A stretch of 64,000 bases of DNA from an uncultured Solirubrobacteraceae bacterium (GTDB lineage: Bacteria > Actinomycetota > Thermoleophilia > Solirubrobacterales > Solirubrobacteraceae): NCBI GenBank assembly GCA_963811895.1, contig CAWETE010000001.1, forward strand, positions 76,160-140,159. Direction: 5' to 3'. The notes under the pieces are model-generated. The model was not told where the DNA came from and did not search any database. It saw only the letters and a program-made list of their open reading frames with translations. The translations under genes and the position numbers were made by a program. This document shows, one piece after another, positions 18,780 through 28,450 of this stretch (positions are counted from its first letter, which is position 1; every line of letters starts with the position of its first letter).

Positions 18780-19778
18780 TTGCCGCGCGCCGGCGACGAG
18801 CGACTCGAGCTTCCCGTACGCCGCGTCGCGTGAGAGGTACTTCATGCCGCAGTCCGGGGCGGCGATCAGCCGCTCCGGACCGGCGTGCGGGAACGCGCGG
18901 CGGATGCGCTCGGCCACCGTCTCGGCGGTCTCGACCTCGTCGGTCGAGAGATCGAGCACGCCGAGGATGATCGTCTTCTCGGGCAGCGAGTCGAGCACCT
19001 CGAGGTCGAGCCCCGACTGGCCGGTCTCGATGCTGATCTGGTCGCACTCGGTGGCGGCCAGCTCGGGCAGGAACGAGTAGCCGCTCGGCCGCTCGTGGAT
19101 GATCGCGGCGTAGCCGAAGCAGATGTGGACCGCGGTCGTGCCCTCGAAGCCGTCGGTGGCGCGCTTGAGGGCGGCGAGCCCGTACTCGCGCGCCGGCTCG
19201 GGCCGGGCCTGCATGTACGGCTCGTCGACCTGGACGACGTCCGCGCCGGCCGCGAACAGGTCGGCGATCTCCTCGCGCACGGCGTCGGCGTAGGCCATGC
19301 CCAGCGCGGCCGGGTCGCCGTAGTGGTCGTCCTGCGCCTGCTGGGACATCGTGAACGGCCCCGGCACGGTCATCTTCACCGGGCGGCTCGTGTGCGCGCG
19401 CAGGAACTCGAGGTCGCGCACCTGCACGGGGTGGCGGCGCGAGACCGGGCCGACCACGCGCGGCACCGGGTTGGGATGCCCGCTGCGGTCGAGCGCCGTG
19501 CCCGGGTTGTCGATGTCGACGCCGTCCAGCGCCGTGGCGAAGCGGTTCGAGTAGCTCTCTCGCCGCATCTCGCCGTCGGTGAGGATGTCGAGCCCGGCGC
19601 GCTCCTGGTCGGCGATCGCCAGCCGCGTCGCGTCGTCGTGCGCCTCTTCGAGATACGCCGGATCGATCCGCCACAGCTCACGCGCGCGCACGCGCGGCGG
19701 GAACCGGTCGCGCAGGCGCTCGCGGTCGATCAGCCAGTTGGGCTGGGCGTAGGAGCCGACGAGGCTTGTGCGGATCAC
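18762..19778 (-). CDS. Cobalamin-independent methionine synthase (MetE) C-terminal-domain family protein, short ~338-aa form
   Basis: GTG at 19778 (VIRTSLVGSYAQPNWLIDRE...). MetE catalytic-domain motifs (HICFGY, DEPYM, C-terminal CGMKYL Zn ligands). Confidence 0.75.
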   Translation of the reverse strand: MIRTSLVGSYAQPNWLIDRERLRDRFPPRVRARELWRIDPAYLEEAHDDATRLAIADQERAGLDILTDGEMRRESYSNRFATALDGVDIDNPGTALDRSGHPNPVPRVVGPVSRRHPVQVRDLEFLRAHTSRPVKMTVPGPFTMSQQAQDDHYGDPAALGMAYADAVREEIADLFAAGADVVQVDEPYMQARPEPAREYGLAALKRATDGFEGTTAVHICFGYAAIIHERPSGYSFLPELAATECDQISIETGQSGLDLEVLDSLPEKTIILGVLDLSTDEVETAETVAERIRRAFPHAGPERLIAAPDCGMKYLSRDAAYGKLESLVAGARQASIQR

Positions 19779-19801
19779 AGCCTCGCCGGCTCCCACGGGA
19801 C

Positions 19802-22800
19802 CTAGCTGAACGGGCCGGCCCGGCGACCCCGCGGCGGCGGCGAGATCGGCGAGTTGGCCTTGATGTGGTCGATCAGCACGTCGAGCAGCAGGTCGCCGGT
19901 CTGCAGCACGTTCGTGCCACCCGAGAGCGCCGTGTAGCCGTCGCCACCGCCGAACATGAAGTCGTTGGTGACGAGGCGGACGGTGCTGCCCGGGCCGAGC
20001 GGCGCGGTCGTCGGCCGCGGGCCCGGCGGCGCGAGCCACACGTTGTCGATCGCCGGCACGGTGCCGTTGCAGTGGAACTCGACCCACAGGCCCGAGTACT
20101 GCGGCGTGCGGCCGGTGCCACCGGAGGAGTCACCGCACGGCGGGCGGAAGCCGTTCGCCAGCGCGGCCACGAGCTGCTCGTAGGTGACCGTCTCGATCAC
20201 GGTCGCGTTGCCGAACGGCAGCACCGCGAACGCCTCGCCCCAGGTGATCTCACCCACGGCCTCGCCGCCCGCGACTCGCGTGCGGATGAAGTCCTCACGC
20301 AGGCCGCCGGAGTTCGTGATCGCGGCCTGCACGCCGTCGTCGGCGTACTTCGCCCGCATCGCGTCGGCCACCACGTTGCCCATGTCCGACTCACGCAGGC
20401 GCGCCGGGTTGTCGCGCAGGATGTCCACGCTCGAGCTGCCGATGACGACGTTGCGCAGCGGCGCGGTGTCGGCGTTGGCCTTGTCGACGATCGCCTTGAC
20501 ATCGGCGCGAGGCGTCACGCCGAGGTTCTTGGCCGTGCGTGTCGCGCCGCCGATCCAGGCCACGTCGTCGCCGCGGACCATCAGCTGCGCCACCGAGTAG
20601 CTGATCCCGGCGTTGAAGCCCTCGACGATCGGGATCCGCCCGACGACCGTGTTCGCCGCCCGGTGGGTGTGGCCGGCGATCACGAGGTCGACCGTGGTGT
20701 TCTGGAGCTTGTCGACGATTCCGATGATCGGGCCGCTCCACGGCGCGGACGCGTTGCCGTCGACGCGGTTGGCGCCGGCGACCGCCCCCTCGTGGATGAC
20801 CACGACCTGGATCTTCACGCCCCAGCGACGGAGCCTGCGCGAGGCGCGCTCGATCCGCTCGGCCTCGTCGAGGAACGCCAGGCCCGCCGTGTTGCCGGGC
20901 TTGACCAGCTCCGGCGTGTTGCGAACGACCGAGCCGATGACCCCGACTCGCATGCCGTTGACGCGGAACACCTTCGTGGTCCGCATCCAGTCGGGCGCGC
21001 GGCCGGTGGCCGTCTCGACGACGTTGGTGGCCAGGAACGGGAAGTTCGCCCGGTCCTGGTGGAGCAGGATCCGCTCGATCCCGAAGTCGAACTCGTGGTT
21101 GCCGAAGCTCGTGGCGTCGAGCCCCCACGCGTTCTCCACGTCGATCGTCGGGATGTCCTGCAGCAGCGCCGAGCTCGGAGGCGAGGCGCCGACGTTGTCG
21201 CCCGCGGCCAGCAGCAGCGTCCTGCCGGGCAGGGCGTCGGCCTCCTCGTCGAACATCGTCGCGAGCTGCCCGGCGCCGCCCATGCTGTTGGCGATGCCGT
21301 TGTCACCGGCCTGCGTCGACGGGTCGAGCTGACCGTGGAAGTCGTTCAGCCCGACGATCGAGATCGGCCGGTACTGGTTGCCGTCCTCGAGCAGGTCGCG
21401 CCGCACGACGCCCTGGCTGCGCTCCGGCACCGGGACGTCGAGCAGGAACGCCGCGGTCGGCGCCAGGTCGATGCTGCGGACGTCGTGGACGACGCCGCGG
21501 TCGATCGCCTTGCCGCCGGCCAGGAACGTGGCCCGCATGTTGGTGTTGGTGTCGAGGTCCTGCACGTCCGGCACGTAGCCGTGCTGGCCGAAGAACGCCG
21601 AGCGCGCGAACAGCGTGCCGGGCGTCGCCGCGTCGTACTGGTACGGCGGGTTGGCGAAGACGACCAGGTCGCCCGTCCGGGTCGGGTGCGACATGTCGGC
21701 GGTGCTGTCGTCGCCGTTCGGGATGTAGCGCGCCTCGGCCTTCGTGTAGATCCGGTCGATCACGTCCCAGCCCTCGGGCTGGCCGTCGCCGGTCCAGTCG
21801 TTGGGGTCCTCGAGCGCCTCGAACGCGGCCTTGATCCGGGCCACCTCCGTGGCCACGTTGGCGGCCGGGATCTGCTGGTAGCCGGCGGCGTTGTCCCGAC
21901 CGACCACGTTGAGGTAGATCTGCAGCGCGCCGCCGGCGTAGCAGGCCTTCGCCTTGCCGATCGTCTCACCGCTCGCCACGCTCTGCGGGCGGCAGTTGGA
22001 GGTCTGCGGCCGCGCGAGCAGGCCGAGGTCGACGAGCACCTTGCTGGCGTCGATGGCCAGGAACTGCGGCGCGAAGCCGTGGTCGGAGGAGACGAACGTC
22101 GTCAGGTCCTTGTCCTTCAGGCGGTCCTGCGCCAGGCGCATCGTCGCGTCGGAGCCCTGGTACGCGCGGCGGATGAACGCCTCGCGCTGCTTGACGCGGC
22201 CGTCCGGCGTGCCGTTGGACTGGACGTCGTCGTAAGCGGGGTTCTTGGCCCCGTTCGGCAGCCGCTTGGTGACGAGCCCGAGGAACTGGTGCTGGACCTC
22301 GTCGGTCACCGGGTAGCCGACCATCGCCAGGTCCGGCTTGTACCTGTCGAGGATGTACCTGATCAGCGGGTGGTGGCCGGTCTCCCAGTACAGGCCCTGC
22401 TCGATGTAGGTCTCCTCGCTCACGATGCCGGCCTCGAGGACGGCGAAGTCGCCGGCCTGCGAGGACGGGAAGCGCTCGGCGACGAAGTCCTCGAAGTCGC
22501 CGGTGAAGCCCGGCTCGCCCGGCCACGTCGGCCAGGTCGCGTTCGAGCGCGTCACCGACGTGTGGAAGAGCCGGACCTGCGAGAGGTCGGAGGCCAGCCG
22601 CTCGACCTTGACCAGGAAGGCGCCGGTCTTGCCATTGAACGCGTTGGTGGTCTGGAGCTTGACCTTGACGTCGGCCCACTCGCCTTCCTTGAGGTCGCCG
22701 ACCTTGTCGTTGCCGTTCTTGGTCGGCGAGAACAGGACGCGGTCGTAGCGGACGCGGCCGTCGCTCTTGCTGTCGTAGATGTAGGCGTTGAGGCCGTACT

Positions 22801-23605
22801 TGTCGACCCAGCTCGGATTCACGCCGTCCAGCACGCGCAGGCGCATCTGCTTGGCGACGCCGTTGCGCGAGGGCGGCACGTTGGTCCAGCCGGTCGCGTC
22901 GGTCGGGGCGGCATCCGCGAACGGGGGCCGGCCGGCAAACCCGGCCGGATGGTCGAACTGGAGGCCGAACGACGCCGTGAACGCCGCGTCGTCGAGCGGG
23001 GAGATGTAGTTCGTCGCCACGCCGCGGCCCGAGAAGAAGTTGCGGAAGTCGACCGTCGGGCCGTCGATGGCCCCGCCGCGGCCGCCGGCCCACTCGATCT
23101 GGGCGACCTTCTTGCCGCCGCGCTCGGCCGACTGCGCGAGCGTCTCGGCCTGCAGCACGCCGGCGTCGAACGCCGCGGTGCGGCCGGGATGGGTCGCGGT
23201 CTGGCCGAACGGGTCGCCGTTCTTGTGGAAGGTGTTGTTGGTCGAGCCGTGGACGCCCGGCCACGCGCCGGTGGCGAGCGTGAACCAGCCGGCGCCCGTA
23301 TTCGGCGGCGCCTGCGTCAACAGGCCGTGGTCGGAGGCCCGCGCGCCGTGCTTGAGCAGCTCGCGGAAGCCGGGTGTCACGCCCTGGTCGGCGTACTTCT
23401 CGACCGACTGCTGCATCAGGCCGTCGGAGGCGAAGAACAGGAACTTGTCCTTGCCTCTGTCGTCTGAATGACCCCAACCGTGCGGCTGGGCGGTCTCCGC
23501 GCTGACCCACGGGACGAGGCCGATGGCCATCACCGCCGCCGCCAGTAGCCCGATCAAGCGCATCCGGCGCCCGCCGATGGTCGCTGCCAACACGTCCTTG
23601 CTCAT
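19802..23605 (-). CDS. Secreted 1267-aa fusion: N-terminal alkaline-phosphatase/phosphodiesterase-superfamily domain plus C-terminal bifunctional metallophosphatase/5'-nucleotidase (UshA-like)
   Basis: ATG at 23605 with ggagggg RBS. Signal peptide ...[26 protein letters not shown]-terminal half has [17 protein letters not shown] and the 5'-nucleotidase C-domain. Confidence 0.75.
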   Translation of the reverse strand: MSKDVLAATIGGRRMRLIGLLAAAVMAIGLVPWVSAETAQPHGWGHSDDRGKDKFLFFASDGLMQQSVEKYADQGVTPGFRELLKHGARASDHGLLTQAPPNTGAGWFTLATGAWPGVHGSTNNTFHKNGDPFGQTATHPGRTAAFDAGVLQAETLAQSAERGGKKVAQIEWAGGRGGAIDGPTVDFRNFFSGRGVATNYISPLDDAAFTASFGLQFDHPAGFAGRPPFADAAPTDATGWTNVPPSRNGVAKQMRLRVLDGVNPSWVDKYGLNAYIYDSKSDGRVRYDRVLFSPTKNGNDKVGDLKEGEWADVKVKLQTTNAFNGKTGAFLVKVERLASDLSQVRLFHTSVTRSNATWPTWPGEPGFTGDFEDFVAERFPSSQAGDFAVLEAGIVSEETYIEQGLYWETGHHPLIRYILDRYKPDLAMVGYPVTDEVQHQFLGLVTKRLPNGAKNPAYDDVQSNGTPDGRVKQREAFIRRAYQGSDATMRLAQDRLKDKDLTTFVSSDHGFAPQFLAIDASKVLVDLGLLARPQTSNCRPQSVASGETIGKAKACYAGGALQIYLNVVGRDNAAGYQQIPAANVATEVARIKAAFEALEDPNDWTGDGQPEGWDVIDRIYTKAEARYIPNGDDSTADMSHPTRTGDLVVFANPPYQYDAATPGTLFARSAFFGQHGYVPDVQDLDTNTNMRATFLAGGKAIDRGVVHDVRSIDLAPTAAFLLDVPVPERSQGVVRRDLLEDGNQYRPISIVGLNDFHGQLDPSTQAGDNGIANSMGGAGQLATMFDEEADALPGRTLLLAAGDNVGASPPSSALLQDIPTIDVENAWGLDATSFGNHEFDFGIERILLHQDRANFPFLATNVVETATGRAPDWMRTTKVFRVNGMRVGVIGSVVRNTPELVKPGNTAGLAFLDEAERIERASRRLRRWGVKIQVVVIHEGAVAGANRVDGNASAPWSGPIIGIVDKLQNTTVDLVIAGHTHRAANTVVGRIPIVEGFNAGISYSVAQLMVRGDDVAWIGGATRTAKNLGVTPRADVKAIVDKANADTAPLRNVVIGSSSVDILRDNPARLRESDMGNVVADAMRAKYADDGVQAAITNSGGLREDFIRTRVAGGEAVGEITWGEAFAVLPFGNATVIETVTYEQLVAALANGFRPPCGDSSGGTGRTPQYSGLWVEFHCNGTVPAIDNVWLAPPGPRPTTAPLGPGSTVRLVTNDFMFGGGDGYTALSGGTNVLQTGDLLLDVLIDHIKANSPISPPPRGRRAGPFS

Positions 23606-23748
23606 TCGCTAGCCCCTCCGTTCGCGGCCGGTGGGACGCCACCCCGTTCGTCTGCCGGCCATGCTCTCTCCGAAACGCATGAGGGCGCTCTCGCGCCCCG
23701 TTATGGCGACGCTACCACGGTTGAATCGGCGAATGTGAACGCCGTGGT

Positions 23749-25146
23749 TTAAGGCGTCGGCGTCGGGGTCGGCTCGGGCGTCGGCTCGGGAGTGGGCTCC
23801 GGAGTCGGCTCCGGGGTGGGCTCGGGCGTCGGGGTGGGCGCGGGCGTCGGCTCGGGCGTGGGCTCCGGCGGTGGCGGCGGGCGACGGCGCCGGCGCCGAA
23901 CGTCGTCGGTGGCGGCCTCCGGCGGCGCGGCCGCCGCGGGTGGCGCCTGCCGGCGGCGGACGACCGCTCGCCGCCGGATGTGACGGCGCACGCGCCGCGG
24001 CGACACGCCATGCCGCCGGGCCACGCGCTGGATGCGGCGCGCCCGGCGCCGGCCCGCCAGCGCGCGCTCGCCGGTGCGCACGGGCGGCAGCTCGGCCGCC
24101 GGCGCCGTGGTGTCCTCGGGCGGCGGGGCGGCGTCGCGGCGCCGTTCATGCCGGCCGGCGGCGCGCTGCTCGACGGGCTCGGGAGTCGGGTCGGCGGCCA
24201 CCAGCCGGACGGGCGCCGCCGCGGGGCGCACCACCGGCGCCGGGGCCGTCTTCGCAGGTTCGCGCTGGGTCACCGCGTCGACGGTCGCCACGCCGCCCGT
24301 CACGCCCGTGCCGGCGACGGCGGCCACGATCGCCGCCTTCGCGGCCAGCCCGGCGGCGCCGCCGCCCGCGACGGCGGCGCCCGCCGCGACGGCGGCGCCG
24401 CCGCCGGAGCCGCCGAGCACGGCGGCCTTCAGCCCCACGCTCGGCGCCACCGGCAGGATGAGCGCCAGCCGCGTGCGCTGACCCGCGACGGCCAGGCGGA
24501 ACTCGGTGCACGGCTCGCAGTGGCGGAGATGGCGCCGCAGCGGCGCGCGCCGCAGCGCGCCCGCGCGGCCGACCGCGAGCTGGCCGCGGATGTCCTCGCA
24601 CGGGGTCTCGCGGGCCTCGCGCTCGGCGATCAGCGCCGAGCGGGCCTGGAAGACGAGCGCCTTGACCTTCTCCGGCGCGCAGCCGATGACCCCCGCGATC
24701 TCGCGGTGGCTGAGGTCGCCCATCTCGAAGAGGACGAGCGCGCCGCGCTGGTCCTCGGGCAGTCCCGCGAGGTCGGCGACCAGCTCGCGCAGGTCGGCGC
24801 GGCGCACGACCTCGTCGGCGAGCCCGTCGAGCGCCGGCTCGAGCTCGTCGACGGGCACGGCGGCGTCGCGGCGCGCGGCCAGCAGCGTGCGGCAGCGGTT
24901 GCGGGCGATGGCGAACAGCCATGGCCGCAGGGTGTCGGGCACGCGGCCGGCGAGGAGGGCGCGGTGGGCGCGCAGGAAGGTCTGCTGGAGGGCGTCCTCA
25001 CCGTCCTCGCGGTTGCCGACCATGTGGCGGCAGAACGCGAGCAGCGGCGCGTGGTGACGGTCGTAGAGCGCCGCGAAGGCGCTCTCATCGCCGCGAGCCA
25101 CGAGTGTCGCCAGACGCTCGTCGTCGAGTTTCCCAAAGAACTTCAA
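23749..25146 (-). CDS. ECF (sigma-70 family) sigma factor fused to a zinc-finger (zf-HC2, HxxxCxxC) anti-sigma-like domain, Gly/Ala-rich TM segment and a Pro-rich tail ending in (PEPT)n repeats
   Basis: Sigma region 2 (LVARGDESAFAALYDRHHAPLLAFCRHMVGNREDGEDALQQTFLRAH) and region 4 (LPEDQRGALVLFEMGDLSHREIAGVIGCAPEKVKALVFQARSAL). Then ETPCEDIRG...LRRHLRHCEPC, then a 40-aa G/A hydrophobic stretch, then PEPTPEPTPAPTPTPEPTPEPTPEPTPEPTPEPTPTPTP*. Start is uncertain: TTG 25146 is used here, TTG 25191 and ATG 25224 are alternatives. Confidence 0.65.
   Translation of the reverse strand: MKFFGKLDDERLATLVARGDESAFAALYDRHHAPLLAFCRHMVGNREDGEDALQQTFLRAHRALLAGRVPDTLRPWLFAIARNRCRTLLAARRDAAVPVDELEPALDGLADEVVRRADLRELVADLAGLPEDQRGALVLFEMGDLSHREIAGVIGCAPEKVKALVFQARSALIAEREARETPCEDIRGQLAVGRAGALRRAPLRRHLRHCEPCTEFRLAVAGQRTRLALILPVAPSVGLKAAVLGGSGGGAAVAAGAAVAGGGAAGLAAKAAIVAAVAGTGVTGGVATVDAVTQREPAKTAPAPVVRPAAAPVRLVAADPTPEPVEQRAAGRHERRRDAAPPPEDTTAPAAELPPVRTGERALAGRRRARRIQRVARRHGVSPRRVRRHIRRRAVVRRRQAPPAAAAPPEAATDDVRRRRRRPPPPPEPTPEPTPAPTPTPEPTPEPTPEPTPEPTPEPTPTPTP
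23752..23880. repeat. Tandem 12-nt DNA repeats (ggctcgggcgtc-like) encoding the (PEPT)n tail of the sigma/anti-sigma fusion
   Basis: About 10 consecutive near-identical 12-mers on the plus strand, which is antisense to the CDS. Confidence 0.7.
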
Positions 25147-25222
25147 CGCACTGGTGACGCCTGCTCGCGGCCGCGTATTCCATGTGACCAACCTCCGCGG
25201 CCGGCGGCGGGTCTCCCATCGC

Positions 25223-26203
25223 ATGACTGCACGCATCGCACGCACCCTCGCCGTCGCCGCGCTCGCGGTGGCCGCGCTCCTCACCATCCCGCGCGCCGCG
25301 CCCGCCCAGGCCTGCGACACGCAGGGCCCGGCCGGGACCGGCTACGCGGCCGGCGTCAACTGCCGGACCGCCGAGCTCGACGGCGTCGACCGCCACTATC
25401 TCGTCTACGTCCCGCGCGACCGGCCCGCGCGCCCGCCCGTGGTGTTCATGTTCCACGGCTCCTCCGGCACCGGCCAGCAGTTCCTGAACATCTCCGGCTG
25501 GCGCGAGCAGGCCGATCGCGAGGGGCTGATCGCCGTCTTCCCGACCGGGCTGCGCTATCGCGTGCTCGATTCCGGCCGGCGCGTCACGAAGTGGAACGAC
25601 TACAGCCTGGCCGGGGAGGTCGACCTGAGCGAGCTGCCGCCCGGCTACCCGGAGGGCTCGCCGATGCCCGCGAACGACGTCGGCTTCGTCGACCTGATGA
25701 TGCAGGACCTCGGGGCCGGGCTGCCGATCGACCGCCGGCGCGTGTACATGAGCGGCTTCTCGAACGGCGCCACCTTCGCCGCCCGCGTGGCCGCCGACCG
25801 CTCGGAGCACGTGGCGGCGGCCGCGTACTCCGGCGGCGGCCTGACCGAGGTGCGACCGAGGTCCGTCCCGACCTACGTGACCGTCGGGACGGAGGACGCG
25901 AAGATCCTCGATGGCACGGGCCTGACGGAGCTGCCGCTCGACCCGGTGGACATCCTGACCTCGCCGGTCGTCCGCCCGTTCATCGACCTCCACCTGCAGA
26001 CGCTCGGGCTCGACCCCGATCTGTTCGGCGCCGTCGCCGAGCCGCGCACGACGAACCTGCGCTGGCCCGCCGTCAATCCCGTGCTGCGCTTCGGGATGCT
26101 CGGCGGGCTGGGCCACAAGTGGCCGGACGAGTTGGTGCCCGAGTTCTGGCAGTTCTTCCGCGATCACTCGGGCGGGACGGGCCCGAGCATGACGCGGAGG
26201 TAG
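25223..26203 (+). CDS. Secreted esterase of the PHB-depolymerase / LpqC-like alpha/beta-hydrolase family
   Basis: ATG at 25223. Signal peptide MTARIARTLAVAALAVAALLTIPRAAPAQA. Motifs HGSSGTG, VYMSGFSNGATFAARVAAD (GxSxG). Divergent to the sigma fusion gene. Confidence 0.7.
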   Translation: MTARIARTLAVAALAVAALLTIPRAAPAQACDTQGPAGTGYAAGVNCRTAELDGVDRHYLVYVPRDRPARPPVVFMFHGSSGTGQQFLNISGWREQADREGLIAVFPTGLRYRVLDSGRRVTKWNDYSLAGEVDLSELPPGYPEGSPMPANDVGFVDLMMQDLGAGLPIDRRRVYMSGFSNGATFAARVAADRSEHVAAAAYSGGGLTEVRPRSVPTYVTVGTEDAKILDGTGLTELPLDPVDILTSPVVRPFIDLHLQTLGLDPDLFGAVAEPRTTNLRWPAVNPVLRFGMLGGLGHKWPDELVPEFWQFFRDHSGGTGPSMTRR

Positions 26204-26649
26204 GGCCGCAGGCCGAGGCGCTCGTAGAAGCGGACCGCGCCGTCGTTGCCCTCGAGCACGTACAGCATCACCTCCGTCGCGCCGAGCTCGCGCATCACGG
26301 CGTAGGCCGCGTCCATCAGGGCGCGGCCTACGCCCTGCCCGCGCTCGCCCTCCGTCACCGAGAGCGTCTCGAGCTCGGCCACCCGTTCGCCGGTGGCGAG
26401 CGTGACCTGGCCGCCGATCAGCGACACCATCGCGTAGCCGATCACGCGCCGGTCCTCCTCGGCGAGCAGCAGGTGGCCGCGGCCGGACGCGAGCAGCGAC
26501 TCGTAGTGCGGGCGGCGGCGCTCCCACGCCTCCTCGTCCGAGCGGAACGGCAGCACCTGAGCGCCGCCGGCGCGGTGGTGCTCGTGCATCGCCTTGAAGA
26601 GCGGGCCGACCTCGTCGAGCCGCGAGGCGTCGCCGCGGACGATCTGCAT
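26164..26649 (-). CDS. GNAT-family N-acetyltransferase
   Basis: 161 aa. Acetyl-CoA binding motif RGQGVGRALMDAA. Confidence 0.75.
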   Translation of the reverse strand: MQIVRGDASRLDEVGPLFKAMHEHHRAGGAQVLPFRSDEEAWERRRPHYESLLASGRGHLLLAEEDRRVIGYAMVSLIGGQVTLATGERVAELETLSVTEGERGQGVGRALMDAAYAVMRELGATEVMLYVLEGNDGAVRFYERLGLRPYLRVMLGPVPPE

Positions 26650-26675
26650 GGCGCGCGCGATTGTAAGTTCGTGCC

Positions 26676-27101
26676 ATGGCCTACCGCGTGCTCCCCGCTG
26701 CCGACGCCTTCTGGCGGCCGTCGAACCAGCTGAAGGTCCTCAACACCGACCTCGCCAAGCAGCTCGAGGCGACCGAGCTCGGCGCCCGGCTGTGGCGCCT
26801 GGCGCCGGGCCAGGCCTCCACCCGCCACAAGCACTTCACGCAGACCGAGCTCTACGTCGTGCTCGAGGGGACCGGCCGGATCCGGGTGGACGGCGACCTG
26901 CTCACCCTCGAGCCGCTGTCGGCGCTGCTGGTGGAGCCCGACACCGTGCGCCAGGTCTTCAACGACACCGAAGCCGACGCGCTGTGGCTGGTGGTCGGCA
27001 CGCCGCCAGAGCTGGCCAACACGCTCGAGATGACCGAGGAGCAGCTCGCCCACATGTACCCCGACGGCCCGAAGGCGCTCCCTCCGGAGCTCGGCGGGTA
27101 G
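26676..27101 (+). CDS. Cupin-domain protein
   Basis: 141 aa. TRHKHFTQTELYVVLEGTGRIRVDG... cupin 2 barrel motifs. Confidence 0.65.
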   Translation: MAYRVLPAADAFWRPSNQLKVLNTDLAKQLEATELGARLWRLAPGQASTRHKHFTQTELYVVLEGTGRIRVDGDLLTLEPLSALLVEPDTVRQVFNDTEADALWLVVGTPPELANTLEMTEEQLAHMYPDGPKALPPELGG

Positions 27102-27111
27102 GACCGCGAGC

Positions 27112-28293
27112 ATGCCCCGGACCCGGACGCTGGTCATCGTGCTCGCCGGCGGCGCCGGCGGCCGCCTCGAGCTGCTCACGCGCGAGCGCGCCAAGCCGGC
27201 GGTGCCGTACGCCGGCACGCACCGGCTGATCGACTTCCCGCTCAGCAACTGCCACAACGCCGGGCTGTCGGACGTCTGGATCTCGCAGCAGTTCAACCCG
27301 ATCTCGCTGTCCGACCATCTGGCCAACGGCCGCCCGTGGGACCTCGACCGGACGATCGGCGGCCTGCTGATCCTGCAGCCGCGGCTCGACCACGGCGATC
27401 GCGGCGGCTTTCAGAAGGGCACCGCCGACGCGCTGTGGCGCAACGCGCCGCTGATCCGCGAGCACGGGCCGGAGGCGCTGGTGGTCGTGAGCGCCGACGC
27501 CATCTACGCGCACGACTACGGGTCGCTGGTCGAGGAGCACATGGCCGGCGACGCGGCGGTCACGATCGTCACCACCGAGGTCGACCCCGACGACGCCGAC
27601 CGTTACGGCGTCGTCTCGGTGCGCGACGGCAAGGTGGTCGACTACGCCTACAAGCCGGACGAGCCGGCCGGGAACCTGGTGGCCAACGAGGTCTTCGTGT
27701 TCCGGCCGGAGCCGCTGCTGGACACGCTCGAGCAGCTCGCGGACGAGGCGGGCGAGGACGAGCTCGAGGACCTCGGCCACGGGCTCCTGCCGCGGCTCGT
27801 CTCGGAGGGCGGTGCGCGTGAGGCGCGCTTCGAGGGCTACTGGCGCGACGTGGGGACGGTCGACGCGTACTGGGAGAGCCACATGGACCTCCTGGGCGAG
27901 GAGCCGCCGATCGACCTCGACGACCCGGACTGGCCGATCCTGACCCACGAGGCGCTGCTGCGCGCCTCCGCCCGCGTGTTCGACGGCGCGGCGATCGAGA
28001 ACTCGCTGGTGGGGCCGGCCGCGCGGGTGGCGGGCTCGGTGTCGCGGTCGGTGGTGGGGCGGGGCGCGGTCGTGGAGGAGGGCGCGGTCGTGCGCGAGTC
28101 GGTGCTGCTGCCCGGTGCGGTGGTGCGGTCGGGCGCGCGCGTGGTGCGCGCGGTGATCGACGACGGCGTCGACATCGGGCGCGACGTAGCCGTGGGGGAG
28201 GACGGCGGCGAGATCGCGCTCGTCGGGCTGCGGGCTTCCGTCAGCGCCGCCGTCCCGGCCGGCGGGCGCTTCCCCGAGGTCGAGGACGACTGA
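27112..28293 (+). CDS. Glucose-1-phosphate adenylyltransferase (GlgC) family nucleotidyltransferase with C-terminal left-handed beta-helix
   Basis: VIVLAGGAGGRLELLTRERAKPAVPYAGTHRLIDFPLSNCHNAGL matches the GlgC N-terminus. C-terminal hexapeptide-like repeats. 11-nt gap after the cupin gene. Confidence 0.7.
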   Translation: MPRTRTLVIVLAGGAGGRLELLTRERAKPAVPYAGTHRLIDFPLSNCHNAGLSDVWISQQFNPISLSDHLANGRPWDLDRTIGGLLILQPRLDHGDRGGFQKGTADALWRNAPLIREHGPEALVVVSADAIYAHDYGSLVEEHMAGDAAVTIVTTEVDPDDADRYGVVSVRDGKVVDYAYKPDEPAGNLVANEVFVFRPEPLLDTLEQLADEAGEDELEDLGHGLLPRLVSEGGAREARFEGYWRDVGTVDAYWESHMDLLGEEPPIDLDDPDWPILTHEALLRASARVFDGAAIENSLVGPAARVAGSVSRSVVGRGAVVEEGAVVRESVLLPGAVVRSGARVVRAVIDDGVDIGRDVAVGEDGGEIALVGLRASVSAAVPAGGRFPEVEDD

Positions 28294-28450
28294 CGAACGT
28301 CAACCCCGGCTGGGTAGGGGAGCGGCGGGGTCGGCCGCACCGGCTTTCTTCATCGAATCCTGTCCCGGGGTCACTATCCGACCCCTATCCAGGATTCGAC
28401 GCCGCGGACGGCTCACCAGCTCCCCTACCCAGCCGCAGTTGACGTTCGTC
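28292..28450. repeat. 159-bp MITE-like element / giant hairpin with 32-bp near-perfect terminal inverted repeats and nested internal palindromes, bridging the stop codons of two convergent genes
   Basis: Left arm gacgaacgtcaaccccggctgggtaggggagc (28292-28323). Right arm gctcccctacccagccgcagttgacgttcgtc (28419-28450). 2 mismatches. Internal palindromes tcgaatcctg/caggattcga and ggggtc/gacccc. Arm ends coincide with TGA 28291-28293 and the TGA complement at 28449-28451. Confidence 0.6.

Noticed and set aside
23752-23880. Regular 12-nt tandem repeats that might be mistaken for a CRISPR-like or VNTR array.
   Set aside because: The repeats are in frame within the sigma/anti-sigma fusion CDS and simply encode (PEPT)n. 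There are no spacers and no cas genes.
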